Origin: an uncultured delta proteobacterium
GTDB taxonomy: Bacteria; Desulfobacterota; Binatia; UBA9968
Assembly: GCA_963804165.1 (NCBI GenBank)
Contig: CAWDPO010000004.1
Location: 32,001 to 96,000, forward strand
Length of the DNA: 64,000 nucleotides
Reading direction: 5' to 3'
Position numbers and translations under genes: made by a program. A model generated the notes under the pieces. It searched no databases, had not been told where the DNA came from, and saw nothing but the letters and a program-made list of their open reading frames with translations. The first letter of the stretch is position 1. Every line of letters begins with the position of its first letter. Shown here in pieces: positions 31,010-42,089 of the stretch.

Positions 31010-31684
31010 CCCGAGTTCGACGCTTTATGCGAGTGCCTCGATGACAACAACCGGGACATCGTGCAGTTTCTTTACCTTTCCGCATGGCGCAGCGGCAAAG
31101 CCAAATCGCTTGAATGGGGCAAGGTCGATTTGAACGACGGCGTCATCCGACTGGCTCGCAAGAACGACAAAACCAAGCGACCGCGCACGTTGACCCTGAT
31201 AGGAGAATTGCGGGAGATCATCGAGCGGCGCCAAGCCAAGCGCCTCCCCTTCTGTCAGCACGTCTTTCACCGTGGCGGAAAACCCATTAACTCGTTTCGG
31301 CGCGCGGTTAGATCTGCGGCGATAGCTGCCGGATTGGGTCAGTTGGTCAAGGACCAAACCGGCAAGGAGAAATACGTAGGCTTCTTGCCTCATGATATGA
31401 GGCGCAGCGGGATCCGAAACCTGGTCAAAGCAGGCGTGTCCGAAGCCGTGGGTATGTCGATCAGCGGCCACACGACCAACTCAACGTACAAGCGATATGG
31501 TATTATCGACGAAGACATCCAGCGGTCAGCGCTGGAAAAGTCTCAGGAAAACAACAACGTGAGATCGAGCAGCGCAAAGTGGTGCCGATTCGTAAGGCGG
31601 TCTAAAAGTTTTCGGCCACTTTTCGGCCAAAACGGCACTTTTCAGGAGAAACGGAAACTTGATTTTTATCGGACAGGCTTTTGA
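31010..31684 (+). pseudogene. Tyrosine integrase catalytic domain (N-terminal domains missing)
   Basis: SAWR, KTKRPR, HDMRR, SGH, YKRY catalytic set; converges on the tRNA-Ser(CGA) 3' end. Confidence 0.85.
31609..31642 (+). repeat. TTTTCGGCCA tandem repeats (integrase arm-site-like)
   Basis: ttttcggcca-c-ttttcggcca-aaacggcactttt, about 100 bp from the tRNA 3' end. Confidence 0.55.
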
Positions 31685-31734
31685 CTGGGTATCACGGAAG
31701 CGGGGTAACTCTTTGCGGACACAAGTAAAAAGGT

Positions 31735-31826
31735 TGGCGGAGAGGGAGGGATTCGAACCCCCGGTACGGTTCCCCGTACACTTGATTTCGAGTCAAGCGC
31801 CTTCAACCGGACTCGGCCACCTCTCC
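31735..31826 (-). tRNA. tRNA-Ser(CGA)
   Basis: CTTGA-CTCGAAA-TCAAG anticodon arm, long variable arm, CCA end. Confidence 0.97.
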
Positions 31827-32302
31827 GTTTTTTTAGAATCGCGCTTTTGCGTTCTGAGCCGTGCAAAAAAATCCGCAAGCAAAGCCGCGGATTCATCGGC
31901 TAAAACGCCGCCGGTCGCCGGCAATTGGTGGTTGAGTCGTCGATCCTCACATAATCGAAACAGAGATTCAACCGCGCCAGCCTTTGGATCGAGACAGGCG
32001 AAAATTAAGCGACGCATTCGTGCTTGCAGGATCGCACCCGTGCACATAAGACAGGGCTCCAACGTGACATAAATCTCACATTGATCAAGGCGCCAGCTAT
32101 GCAAACGCTTGGACGCCTCCCGAATCCCCATGATCTCGGCATGGCCAAGTGGACTCTGACGCTCTTCGCGACAGTTGTATCCGGTGCCGATGATTTCGCC
32201 CGCCGATACGATGACGGCTCCGACCGGCACTTCCCCTCTGCGAGATGCTTCTGCCGCAGCCACCAACGCCGCCTTCATGAAATCAATATCGTGCTCTGCC
32301 AT
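31793..32302 (-). CDS. tadA: tRNA adenosine(34) deaminase
   Basis: GEVPVGA, HAE, TLEPCLMC, DPKAGA, RLNH. Confidence 0.96.
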   Translation of the reverse strand: MAEHDIDFMKAALVAAAEASRRGEVPVGAVIVSAGEIIGTGYNCREERQSPLGHAEIMGIREASKRLHSWRLDQCEIYVTLEPCLMCTGAILQARMRRLIFACLDPKAGAVESLFRLCEDRRLNHQLPATGGVLADESAALLADFFARLRTQKRDSKKTERWPSPVEGA

Positions 32303-32427
32303 TTGACAATTGTGACGTGGAGAAAATATTCAACCGGCGGTGAAAACGTTGACGCGTTTCTGAAGGAGGTTCAATTCGTCTGCGACCCAAGGGAACTTCT
32401 TCGCTGCGCTACAGGTATGGGGATCTC

Positions 32428-33246
32428 TTACGGATGCATATATTCGATCGGCGGCGGCTCGATATCGGTAGTTACCTCCGACACGCCGGTGACACTCTTG
32501 GCGATCCGTACGATCTCCTTTTCCAAGTCGGGATCGGCTAAAATACCGGATATACTTACCTGGCCATTGTCGCTTTTCACGTTGAGGACTACGTTTCTAG
32601 TTTTAGGTGACGTGATCAACGCCGCTTGAACGCGCGCGGTCGTCGCTAAATCCTGAAAAGCTTTTGTCGACTCCGGCGTTGGCCTAAATTCCGTGCGCCG
32701 CACCGTGTCGGCGATGAGCGCCGCGCTGACGTCGGGAGAAAACCTGCCACTGTTCAATACCAAATCATGTCCAACGGGATCTTGCCATTCGTCATTGAAT
32801 ACCGCGCGAAAGCGGCGGCTGCGTACGCGATCCAGCTCGCGAAGATATTGCCGCGCGTTTTCACTGTCCATGGTTTTCTGCGCGCGCACCAGTTCGATTC
32901 GATAATCCAGGGGCGCGACGATCAGCACCTTAAGAACGTGGGGAATCCCGGGTAGGAGTTGGTGACCGGCCCGACCATAATAAACCAAATTACCTCCTTC
33001 AGCGACTTCACACATGGCGGCTTGCAGCGTGATCCGGTACAACCTAACGCTTTCCCGCCATCGCTCCCACCAATGGCCCTCACCTTCCAGCACTTCGGTG
33101 TATTTGGCCTCCGGAATACCGTATCGTTTGCTCGCTTCAATGAGCACCTCACGATCGACGGAACGATAATTCAACAGTGCTGCGACTTTTTCCGCAACGG
33201 CGTTTCCGCCGCTATAGGCCGCGTGAGCAATCGTTACGACCGACAT
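32428..33246 (-). CDS. Cytidylate-kinase-like protein with C-terminal BON domain
   Basis: VVTIAHAAYSGG, YGRAG, DLVLNS; C-terminal ARVQAAL...GQVSISG...SVTGV. Confidence 0.8.
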   Translation of the reverse strand: MSVVTIAHAAYSGGNAVAEKVAALLNYRSVDREVLIEASKRYGIPEAKYTEVLEGEGHWWERWRESVRLYRITLQAAMCEVAEGGNLVYYGRAGHQLLPGIPHVLKVLIVAPLDYRIELVRAQKTMDSENARQYLRELDRVRSRRFRAVFNDEWQDPVGHDLVLNSGRFSPDVSAALIADTVRRTEFRPTPESTKAFQDLATTARVQAALITSPKTRNVVLNVKSDNGQVSISGILADPDLEKEIVRIAKSVTGVSEVTTDIEPPPIEYMHP

Positions 33247-33595
33247 GATCCCGTCCTCCGTTTTCGATGAATCCGTTCACCTAGGATCGCCTTGCCCCAG
33301 TTCGGCAATAATGGTGCAATATCATCCGTTTACTAACGGATCTACTACAACTTTCTTAGTATCGCGACAAGGCCTTTTTTTTCCTTCAGGGAGTCCGAAC
33401 GTCAAGGTAGGAACAAGTTTCCAGCTGCTCTCTCGTGCATGCTGCTGCTCCGGGAGTTTTGAAACAACTCGATCCCGGACTGATTGCGGCCATTGACAGG
33501 CCGCTTGATCAGTCAATTGCCATCGGCACTTATGAGATAAGTTAAACCACTGACGGGCTCAACGATTGGACCGCGGATCCGGAAGGAAAACTGCG

Positions 33596-34003
33596 CTATC
33601 GCGCTAATCTTTTTCTCTCGGCAGGCGGCGCGTCGTGCAAAAATTGCCGAATATGCGCCATTAAGTCGATCATTCTTACCGGCTTCTTTAGGAAATCATC
33701 GCACCCGCCATAAAGAGCGGCGTTCTTCATATACGAAAAAATGCTCATGGCGACGATAGGAATGGTCTCAACTCGGGGTTTTTCCTTGAGTAACGACACG
33801 AATTCGAGCCCATCCATGTCGGTCAGATCCAACTCGAGCAAGATCAGGTTGGGACGATACTCCATCGCTTTGCGAAGTCCACCTTCGCCGGTCACAGCAA
33901 CCAGCGGAGACAGTCCGGCAAACATAACCTGCTTGACCAATAGCTGTGTGTAATTCGGTTGCTTCTCGATGATCAAGATACTCTTACGGGTCACCCTATC
34001 CAT
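33596..34003 (-). CDS. Single-domain receiver protein (phospho-Asp replaced by Glu)
   Basis: LILLELDLTDMDG, IPIVAMS, GCDDFLKKP. Confidence 0.8.
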   Translation of the reverse strand: MDRVTRKSILIIEKQPNYTQLLVKQVMFAGLSPLVAVTGEGGLRKAMEYRPNLILLELDLTDMDGLEFVSLLKEKPRVETIPIVAMSIFSYMKNAALYGGCDDFLKKPVRMIDLMAHIRQFLHDAPPAERKRLAR

Positions 34004-34222
34004 ATCCCTTCACCGGCCAAACTACGTAGGGACAGCAACAATCATGCCCTATGGCGCGAGCCATGCGGACGCCAAACTCCCAACAATACCGTAAGTGGAA
34101 AGTTTCCCGAATGAGACGAAAAATGCTTCGAATGGGCTGAAGCTGCCCAGATCCAAAAACCGACAACGAGTCAAGGCGACGATTTGGAGCGGTCGACAAA
34201 AAAGAACGGGGCAACTTTCGTG

Positions 34223-34495
34223 TTACTTGACTGTACGACCTTGTCGGACCACGCCCCTCGGATCCGTGCAATCGCAAGGCTCCCCCGCCGGCCCAAAACC
34301 AAAGGGGCACGTAAATCTGTCGACGTTACATTCCCGCTCTGTGATCGCGTCGGTTAACCTGTCGAAAAACCCCCGCGGTGCTTCTGTCGGGCTGCTCATC
34401 GTGCTCGTCGGAAAAGCGGTCGAGCTAGTGGTCGTGGTAGTCGTGCAACTTGAGATCGAGAGGGCTGGCAGTATGAAAGCTAAATAAAATTTCAA
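34223..34495 (-). CDS. Small Cys-rich lipoprotein
   Basis: Lipobox ISSC, Thr/Ser linker, four-Cys domain. Confidence 0.55.
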   Translation of the reverse strand: MKFYLAFILPALSISSCTTTTTTSSTAFPTSTMSSPTEAPRGFFDRLTDAITERECNVDRFTCPFGFGPAGEPCDCTDPRGVVRQGRTVK

Positions 34496-34576
34496 TGTTC
34501 TGACCCCACCGAGCCATTTTTTCGCTTAGCTGTAATAGACTGCTGTAACGGCATGTCCGTCGGAGAGTTCATTCGT

Positions 34577-34653
34577 TGGCGCGCCCGGAGGGATTTGAAC
34601 CCCCAACCCCCAGATCCGTAGTCTGGTGCTCTGTCCAATTGAGCTACGGGCGC
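34577..34653 (-). tRNA. tRNA-Arg(ACG)
   Basis: GCGCCCGTAGCTCAATTGGA, CCAGA-CTACGGA-TCTGG, CCA end. Confidence 0.97.
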
Positions 34654-34664
34654 GTGTATGAGTC

Positions 34665-34718
34665 GCAGATCTCAAATTTCAAATCTCAGATGTGTGAGAT
34701 TTGAGATATGAAATCTGC
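34665..34718. repeat. Hairpin built from 7-nt AAATCTC-like units in the tRNA spacer
   Basis: GCAGATCTCAAATTTCAAATCTCA-gatgtg-TGAGATTTGAGATATGAAATCTGC. Confidence 0.75.
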
Positions 34719-34733
34719 AAAGCCTCAGCTAAA

Positions 34734-34825
34734 TGGCGGAGAGAGAGGGATTTGAACCCTCGGTGCGGAATTAACCGCACACACGCTTAGCAGGCGTGCG
34801 CCTTAGACCACTCGGCCATCTCTCC
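34734..34825 (-). tRNA. tRNA-Ser(GCT)
   Basis: CACGC-CTGCTAA-GCGTG, long variable arm, CCA end. Confidence 0.97.
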
Positions 34826-35000
34826 GTGCCGGTCCGATTTCGCGTCCGGCTTGCTAGCCGGAGAAGCGCGCAGCTAAAATTTGTGCAGTCCCTGCACAAC
34901 GTTAACTGTTCTTAAGGTTCGCTAAAATTAGCATAGCAATTTGCGCTTTTCTACAATCGCGACGCTCATTCATCGCGCGCGAACGGCACGAACCAGCTCG

Positions 35001-35040
35001 AAAAAAAGGAGCCGGGCGTAGCGTGACGTCCGGCCCCTTT
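35001..35040 (-). terminator. Intrinsic terminator after the ABC binding-protein gene
   Basis: GC stem followed by a T-tract on the minus strand. Confidence 0.6.
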
Positions 35041-35066
35041 CCGTGCAAACAAAACAGTTACTCTTG

Positions 35067-36252
35067 TTAACCTTCCCAGATCGGCTTCACGAAGGTATCG
35101 AGCCACTTCTTCGGATCTTCCAGAAAGAGCGTATCCGTAACCGGCAGAGTCTTTGCGCCTTTGCCGAACGCCGATTCGATCGAGGTCTTCGATTTGAAAT
35201 CGTTACGCGCCGACTCGCGGCCGACTGAATCGATGGTTTTCTGGCCCTCGTCGGAAATCAACCATTCCGCAAACAGTTTGGCGGTATTCGGATTGGGCGA
35301 CTTCGCGTAAATGCCGGCCTGGCGCGGGAACAACACCGGCGGAATAGTCTTTACGTAACTCACCGGCGTGCCTTTATGCATTTCTTCCATGACATCGTGC
35401 AGCAAAGCCGGCATGGCGATGTTGTATTCACCCGAGATCATCAGCCGAAACATGGCGCTCGTGCTCTTGTGCACCGGCACATTGAGAGCTTTCAGTCCGG
35501 TCAAGAATTTTTTGAATCGCGCGTCATCGTTCCATTGAGTCTTCAACCCGGCGAGCATCGAGCTCAGCGGTCCCGCCCGCATCGGATCGTCGAGCGCGAT
35601 CATGCCTTTGTACTTCGGATTGGCCACCTCTTCCCAGCTCTTGGGCGCTTCGGCGAGCTTCATTTTTTTGGTATTGAACGCCAGCGCCTGGATCTGCAGG
35701 CTTACGGTCGGCAGCGTCGGATCATGCAGCAACAAGACATCTTTCTGCACGGTCTCGTAGGGCATGATTCCGCCAGCGGCGCGGATGACCGGCGGCGCGT
35801 TATCTGAAAGCACCACATCGAAACTCGCTTGGCCGCCTTGGAACTCGGTCAAAACACGCGTGACGATTTCCGGGTTGCGGCCCTGCCAGTAGGTCGCTTT
35901 GATGCCGGGATACCGCTTCATGAACGCGTCGGTGATCACCCTGCAGGTGCTCCACATCCCAAACGGAGTAAACGATCAGATTCCCTTCCTGCTTGGCCTT
36001 CGGATAAAGCTCGTGCGCTCGTTTTTTCGAAAGCCTTTGCCGCGCTGGCAGTCGGCGCCGGCGCTGCGCGGTCTCTTTCTTGACCTGCTGCTGGGCATAG
36101 CCTTCTGCGCCGCGGCCTTGGGTCCTTGACGGCATCCTTCACAGCTTCTTTGCCGGTATAGCAGCTTTCTCGGCTGCGCCACCGCGGGACCGAGAAACAC
36201 AAGCCTGCTGACAACCCGACTGTCGTAGATCTTCGATCGATTTCCTTAGCAT
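35067..36252 (-). CDS. ABC transporter extracellular solute-binding protein (Fe3+/thiamine-like class), frameshifted
   Basis: ATG 36252 with RBS GGGGAGG; AKQEGNLIVYS, PKSWEEV, PNPNTAKLFAEWLISDEGQ; at least 2 indels. Confidence 0.75.
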
Positions 36253-36298
36253 TGTTTCCTCCCCATGCTTTTAATTCGACTCTTGCATTTGACGATTC

Positions 36299-38003
36299 TC
36301 ACAAGCTGAACTTCATTTTGAAGGCGAATTTAGCCACAGACACGGCGACAATCAAGATAATTAAATAGATGACTCCGCCCGCCGCCGCCTCAGCCCATTG
36401 GCCGACCCGGAAGTATTCAAACAGCGTCACCGGACCATACTCCTTTCCGGGCGCGGTCAACAAGACCGCGACGTCGACGTTTCGAATCGCCTCGATGAAT
36501 ATGTAGAAGAGCGCGCCGCCCACGGACAGGCTTGAGGATCGGCAGAGTGATCTTGAAAAAAACATGCCGCCACTTCGCCCCATGCACCCAGGCCGCCTCG
36601 TCCAGCTCTTTGTGGATATTCACAATGGAGCCGGAAGCGTTGCGGAACGCGTAAGGGAAATAGGCGACAAATAGACCGATGCCCAAAGCCCAAAGGCTGT
36701 TGTAAAGCGGCGTGCCGATAAAAATAATAACCAGACCGACCGAGAGAACCAGCGGCGGAAAGGCCAGCGGCAGAGTACCGATAAACTCGAATAGCTTGGT
36801 GCCCCACGCCCGCGTGCGATAGATCGTGAACGCCATCGTGATACCCGCCAGCACGGTAACGATCGCTATCGTTACCGACAGCACCAGCGAATTATAAAGG
36901 CCGGTGACAAAGCTCGGGTGCCTCATGACGACAAAGTAATTTGTCAGCACCGCATTCGTCGGAAACTTCATGAACGTGTCGTAGTCGTAGTAAGGAATCA
37001 TCGACACCACGATCAAGACGATAAACGGAATCAAGATACCGGCGAGAAAGTAGAGAAACACCAACAAGAACGTCAGGTATTTCCACGGCCCGATATCGAT
37101 CACTCTCACCCGATAGCCTTTGCCGGTAATCGTCGCGTAGCGCTCGGAAAAACGCGTCGCGCGCACGTAGAAATAAAGCGTGATGACCGACAGCACGACC
37201 AGCACGACGCTGTAGGACGGTGGCCAAGCCGGTGTTGAATTCCAAAGCCATGGAGTCGTAAACGCGGCTGACGAACACTTTGATATTGCCCGGCGTCCCT
37301 TGCAGCACCGGCGTCTCGAAGGAGCGCAGACCCCGCAGAAAATTCAACACAAAGGCCGACAGGAAAGCGGGCAGCGCCAGCGGGAAAGTAATCTTGAACA
37401 TCGTGTGCATCGGCTTGCTGCCGGCGATGTAGGCGCTCTCCTCCAACGACGGATCGAAGGACAAGAACACCGGCAGCAAAAACAAATAGCCGAGCGGCAC
37501 GCAGGCCAAGCCAAATACCCAAATCATGCCAGCCATGCTGAAAGCGTTGAACACCAGATGTCTCGATGCCCAAGAACTGCTGCAGCATGCCGTTCAAAAT
37601 GCCCGACTTGGGCGCCAGCAACAGAATCCAGGCGATGTTCTTCATGATCGTCGGCATCAAGATCGGATAGAGCGGCATCAGTTCCACCAAGCGCCTTGCC
37701 CGGGGTATTGGTGCGCGCCACGATCCACGCCAGCAGCGCGCCCAACGCAGTCCCCAACAGCGCCGCGCCGGCCGCGTAGACCACCGAATTGCTGAGCATG
37801 GGCATGATGTCTTTGTCGTTGAACACGCGCGCATAGTTGGCCAAGTTCAGGCCGACGTCGAAACCCAACCGGCCGCTGGTAAAGCTCCGCCAAAACACGA
37901 CCAAGACCGGCGTGATGATCGCCGCGCCCGCAATCGTGCTGGCGACAAGCGGCACAAGAGTTCCTTGCTTGAAGGCGATTTTGAATGAATTTGACAGAGC
38001 CGT
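36299..38003 (-). CDS. FbpB-like double-domain ABC permease, multiply frameshifted
   Basis: Fragments with LEESAYIAG and LDEAAWVHGA EAA loops in several frames; start approximate. Confidence 0.75.
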
Positions 38004-38113
38004 GGCCTTACTCCTTGAACTCTTATTGAGCCAATCCGGTCATGAGCATGTGCAATACTCATAACGGCGTGGCGTTTGGGCGCTACGGACATGGGCGGTT
38101 GTTTGGGTACCGG

Positions 38114-39218
38114 TTAATTGGCCACGATCAGGCTGATGGCGGAGCGGTCGATGCAGACAAAGGTCTTCTCGCCGTCGCCGTTGATGTGAATCATCGGACA
38201 GAGCTTATGAGAAGTGATGACCATTTCCGTCGAGCCGATTTGCACGCGATGATCGGTCAGGCCGCCGCGATACTCGCGCCCGACCATGATCCCTTCGAGC
38301 ACATTGTCGGCGCCTTCGGGGAACTTCTCATTATTGAGTTTGACCTCGGTGGTCCGAATCACCACCTTGCACGAATCCCCCAGGGCTAAGCCCTTCGCCA
38401 GCGGCGATAAGAGATTGGCGCCATTGAAACCCGGCACATTCACGACACAGTCGTTGCCGTCGATCCGCACCACTTTGCCATCGACGAGCGTCGAGTGACC
38501 GATGAAACGAAGCCACGAAAGCATGCAGCGGACGGTTGTAGATTTCATCGGGAGCGCCGTACTGAAGAATCTTGCCGCTATCCATCACCACGACGGCGTC
38601 GGAGATCGTAAACGCCTCTTCCTGGTCGTGCGTGACATAGAGCGCGCTGATGCCGACTTTTTTGATCAAACGCTTGAGCTCGACACGCATTTCTTCGCGC
38701 AGTTTCGCGTCGAGATTGCTCAGCGGTTCGTCGAGCAGGATGAGGCGCGGCTCTAAGGCGAGGCTGCGCGCCAAGGCGACGCGCTGCTGCTGCCCGCCGC
38801 TCAACTGCGACGGATATCTCTGGTCGCGTCCCTTGAGTCCAACGAGATCGAGCGTCGCCAGGACCTTGTGCTCGATTTCGTCAGCGGATTTTTTATGCAG
38901 CTTAAGGCCGAAGGCGACATTCTTAAAAACCGTCATGTGCGGCCACAGCGCATAATTCTGAAACACAAAACCGATCTCGCGCGAATACGGCGGCACGAGG
39001 ATGCCGCGCTCGATCGACGTCTGCACTTTGTCCGCGATGGAAATCGATCCCGCGTCTGGAACTTCGAGCCCGGCGATCGATCTCAACAATGTCGTCTTAC
39101 CGCAACCGGAAGGACCGAGAAAGGAAAGAATCCCTTTGTCGAACTCGAAGCTAACGTCATCGAGCGCTTTAAGGTCTTTGAAGAGTTTGGTGACCCCTTC
39201 GACTTTTAAAATGGGCAT
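38114..39218 (-). CDS. ABC ATPase (FbpC/PotA-like) with TOBE domain, frameshift near 38505
   Basis: [44 protein letters not shown]. Confidence 0.85.
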
Positions 39219-39725
39219 GTTTCTAAATCCACCTTCGCCGCCGACCGCAAGAAACAGGCCATGCCGGCGGCGCCGTACGGTTTACTTACCCTAATCACTT
39301 GAAAAATGGAAACAATCGCGATTTTCGCAAAATCATGCCTTGGCAGCCACAGTCGATCACGCGGCCATTGCATAGGCGCTGAACAGCCTGCATCGCCAAT
39401 TATTATGCAATATGCTGCTGATGAAATTGGGCGCACACTCTCAGGACTTTTATTAGCGCGTCAGCGCGAATGTTTCATCCGGTGCAGTTGGGCCCCGAAG
39501 CCGCGGTGATCACGGCAGTGATCTAGAGGCTGAACTTTACAGGCTAAAGAGATCTGTTACGATGCGCTATGGCGTCCTGCGCTTCGCCTTCAAAGGGCAG
39601 ATTAGACGCACGATGAACCTAAAATGTTCGCTGCCCGCTCACCATAACGAAGCGAGGATTGGACGCGGAAGAACAATGGGTTGTGCATACCGTACTCACA
39701 CGAAGCTAGCTCATTCCGGCGGGGT

Positions 39726-40770
39726 TCACACCAGCGGCACGACTTGCTGATACTTGGCGACTTCGACCTTCCATTTGAGGCGGTCGCGGATCACTTCCGC
39801 AAGCGCGTTAGCTGCCGGCGGCTCGCCGTGCACGACATAGGTCATACGCGGCGCTTTTTTAAATGTGCCGAGCCAACGCAATATCTCGCCCTGATCCGCG
39901 TGCGCGGAGAAGCCATCGAGAACTTTGATCTTGGCGCGCACCGGCACGACTTCGCCGAGCATTCTGATTTCCTTGGCGCCATCTTGAAGCGATCTGCCGC
40001 GGGTGCCCTCCGCCTGGTAGCCGGCCAAAAGCACCGTCGTGTCGGGATTGGGTAGGCGATGTTTCAGATGGTGTAAGACGCGGCCGCCTGTCGCCATGCC
40101 GCTAGCCGAGATGATGATCAGCGGCCCTTTCAAGCTATTGATCGCCTTCGACTGCTCAGGGGTTTTGTCCACGATCATGAGGCGTGAGTTGATCGGACAA
40201 CTCTCTCGGTTGCGCAGTTGAGTCATCTCAAAGTCATGCTCTTCGATATGGCGGCAATAAATCTCCGTCGCCTCGATTCCCATGGGACTATCGACGTGCA
40301 CCGGAACCGCCGGGATCTCACCCGAGTCTTCCATCTTGCGAATGGTGTAGATCAAGTCCTGCGTTCTGCCGATGGCAAACGCGGGAATGATCAGACAGCC
40401 GCGCTGCGCGACGGTGTCTTTGATCAGATCGCGCAGTGCGCTTTCCGAATCCTTTGCGTGGCTGCGATTGCCGTAGGTCGATTCAATAAGCAGCCAATCG
40501 GCGCTTCCCGCCGGTTCCGGATCTTTGAGAATCGGGCGGTTATAACGGCCGAGATCGCCGGAGTCGAGCAGGGTTCTTTTCTGCCCATTGACTTCAAACG
40601 AGAGACTGGCAGAACCCGCGCCGAGAATATGGCCGACCCGGCCGAAATCCAAAAACACGCCCTCAATTACCTCGACGACTTCGCCAACTCTGGTGGGCCG
40701 CAGGAGCTTTAACGAATGTTCGGCATCCTCCACGGTGTAGAGCGGCAACACCGGCGAATGTTTTGCGTGT
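39726..40770 (-). pseudogene. MBL-fold beta-CASP nuclease lacking its N-terminus
   Basis: GHILG, SGDLG, ESTYG, PAFAIGR, SASGM, FSAHAD, VHGE present; no HxHxDH motif; in-frame stop just upstream. Confidence 0.8.
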
Positions 40771-40797
40771 GGATCACTTCGACGAGGCTAGTTTTGT

Positions 40798-40885
40798 TGG
40801 CGGAGGGGGCGAGATTCGAACTCGCGGTCCCTTGCGGGACGCCGGTTTTCAAGACCGGTGGTTTCAACCGCTCACCCACCCCTCC
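40798..40885 (-). tRNA. tRNA-Ser(TGA)
   Basis: CCGGT-CTTGAAA-ACCGG, long variable arm, CCA end. Confidence 0.97.
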
Positions 40886-42089
40886 GAGAAGGAAAACAGG
40901 TACTTACGAGCCGAATGTTTGGCAGGAGAATCCGTGTCACAACCATGTTGCAAAATACCAAAGGCTTTTGCAATGTCGTTTCGCTGCAAGTGGATATATC
41001 GTTGATGCATTTGGAACGAACTATGTCCGGCAGCCAACATCGCGCTTTCCGCCGGAATTCCTTTCTGCTCCCATGCCGTTTTTGCACAGTGCCGTAGATC
41101 ATGAAACCGGAAGTTTTTAACCTTCGCATCTCGGCAGGCGCGTTTCAACGTGCCGGTGATTGCGTCCTTCGTAATGCGCTTCCCGTTCTCGCGCGTGAAG
41201 ACAAGCCCTTGAACGTTTCGGATCTTCGATTGCTTCCGCTCGGCTTCGATTTCATCCAAGATTTCGCCGACGCGATCCGTAAGCGGCGCCACCTGGCGAA
41301 CCCCTGTCTTGATCCGGCCGCCCTCCGGCTCGATTACTCCCCGCTCGCGGTCGACCATATCCTCAGTTAGGCGAATCAGATCACCCACAGAGAGCGCGGT
41401 CTCGCGGGCGACTTCGGCGAGCCACCGGAACCACTAGGAACAATCGCAAAGAGCCTTTGAGCCTCTGCAACGCTCAGAATCCGCTCCCGGGTGTTGGCTT
41501 CCGGAATTGCGCCGCGGAAGGACACTGCCGACGTCTTGAGCCCTCGATCCCGTGCTAAGTTTATCATCCGGCGAAGGAGTGACAGCTCATTCTTGATCGT
41601 TCCGTCTGCGACTTTGACGGTGGATTCCTTTCCGCCGCGGATGATGCCCTCGGCCTTTCGTGCATTCCGATATGCAAATAGATCCTCGCGGCAGAGATCA
41701 GTTAGCAGCCTGACGCCGAGTAGCCGCTTCACCGGCGCCGCTAGTGTCCGATCACGGTCAATGCTGCGTTTGCTTTTGACTTCCTCGAGCTCGAAGTAGC
41801 TGTCGGCCCAGGTCGAAACAGTCAGCCCGGCGGTCGGCTTCACCTTGTCGAGGTCGAAATCTTCCCGGCGAATGTTCCGCGCTTCGTAAACTTTCAATTC
41901 CTGCTTCGCGGTCTTGATATCGGATCCAACCGGAAACGTGCGAGACTTCCCTTTCCAGTCCTTAAACCGTGCATAGTACAGCGTCGACCACTCGCCGCTG
42001 GCCGTCTGGTACTGGCGCCGATAGAAGTGCTTGATCGGTATTTCGGTCTTGCCGTGGCGCTCCGTTACTCGTTCAAAGGTTTCTTCCAT
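40864..42089 (-). CDS. Tyrosine integrase (frameshift near 41435); C-terminus reads into the tRNA
   Basis: Arm and core-binding domains (TIKNELSLLRRM), RIKTG, FHDLRH, AGH, QRY; RBS GGAGGAGG. Confidence 0.88.

Larger units (their letters stand above)
24484..31734. mobile_element. Island 1: degraded phage-satellite/prophage-like element(s) between tRNA-Ser(GGA) and tRNA-Ser(CGA)
   Basis: Integrase fragment next to the tRNA 3' end, terminase small- and large-like genes, excisionase HTH, XRE HTH, arm-type repeats at both ends. Confidence 0.8.

Noticed and set aside
33574-33590. GGATCCGGAAGGAA resembling the SRP core
   Set aside because: It lacks the flanking CAGG/AGCAG helix, so it is a chance match
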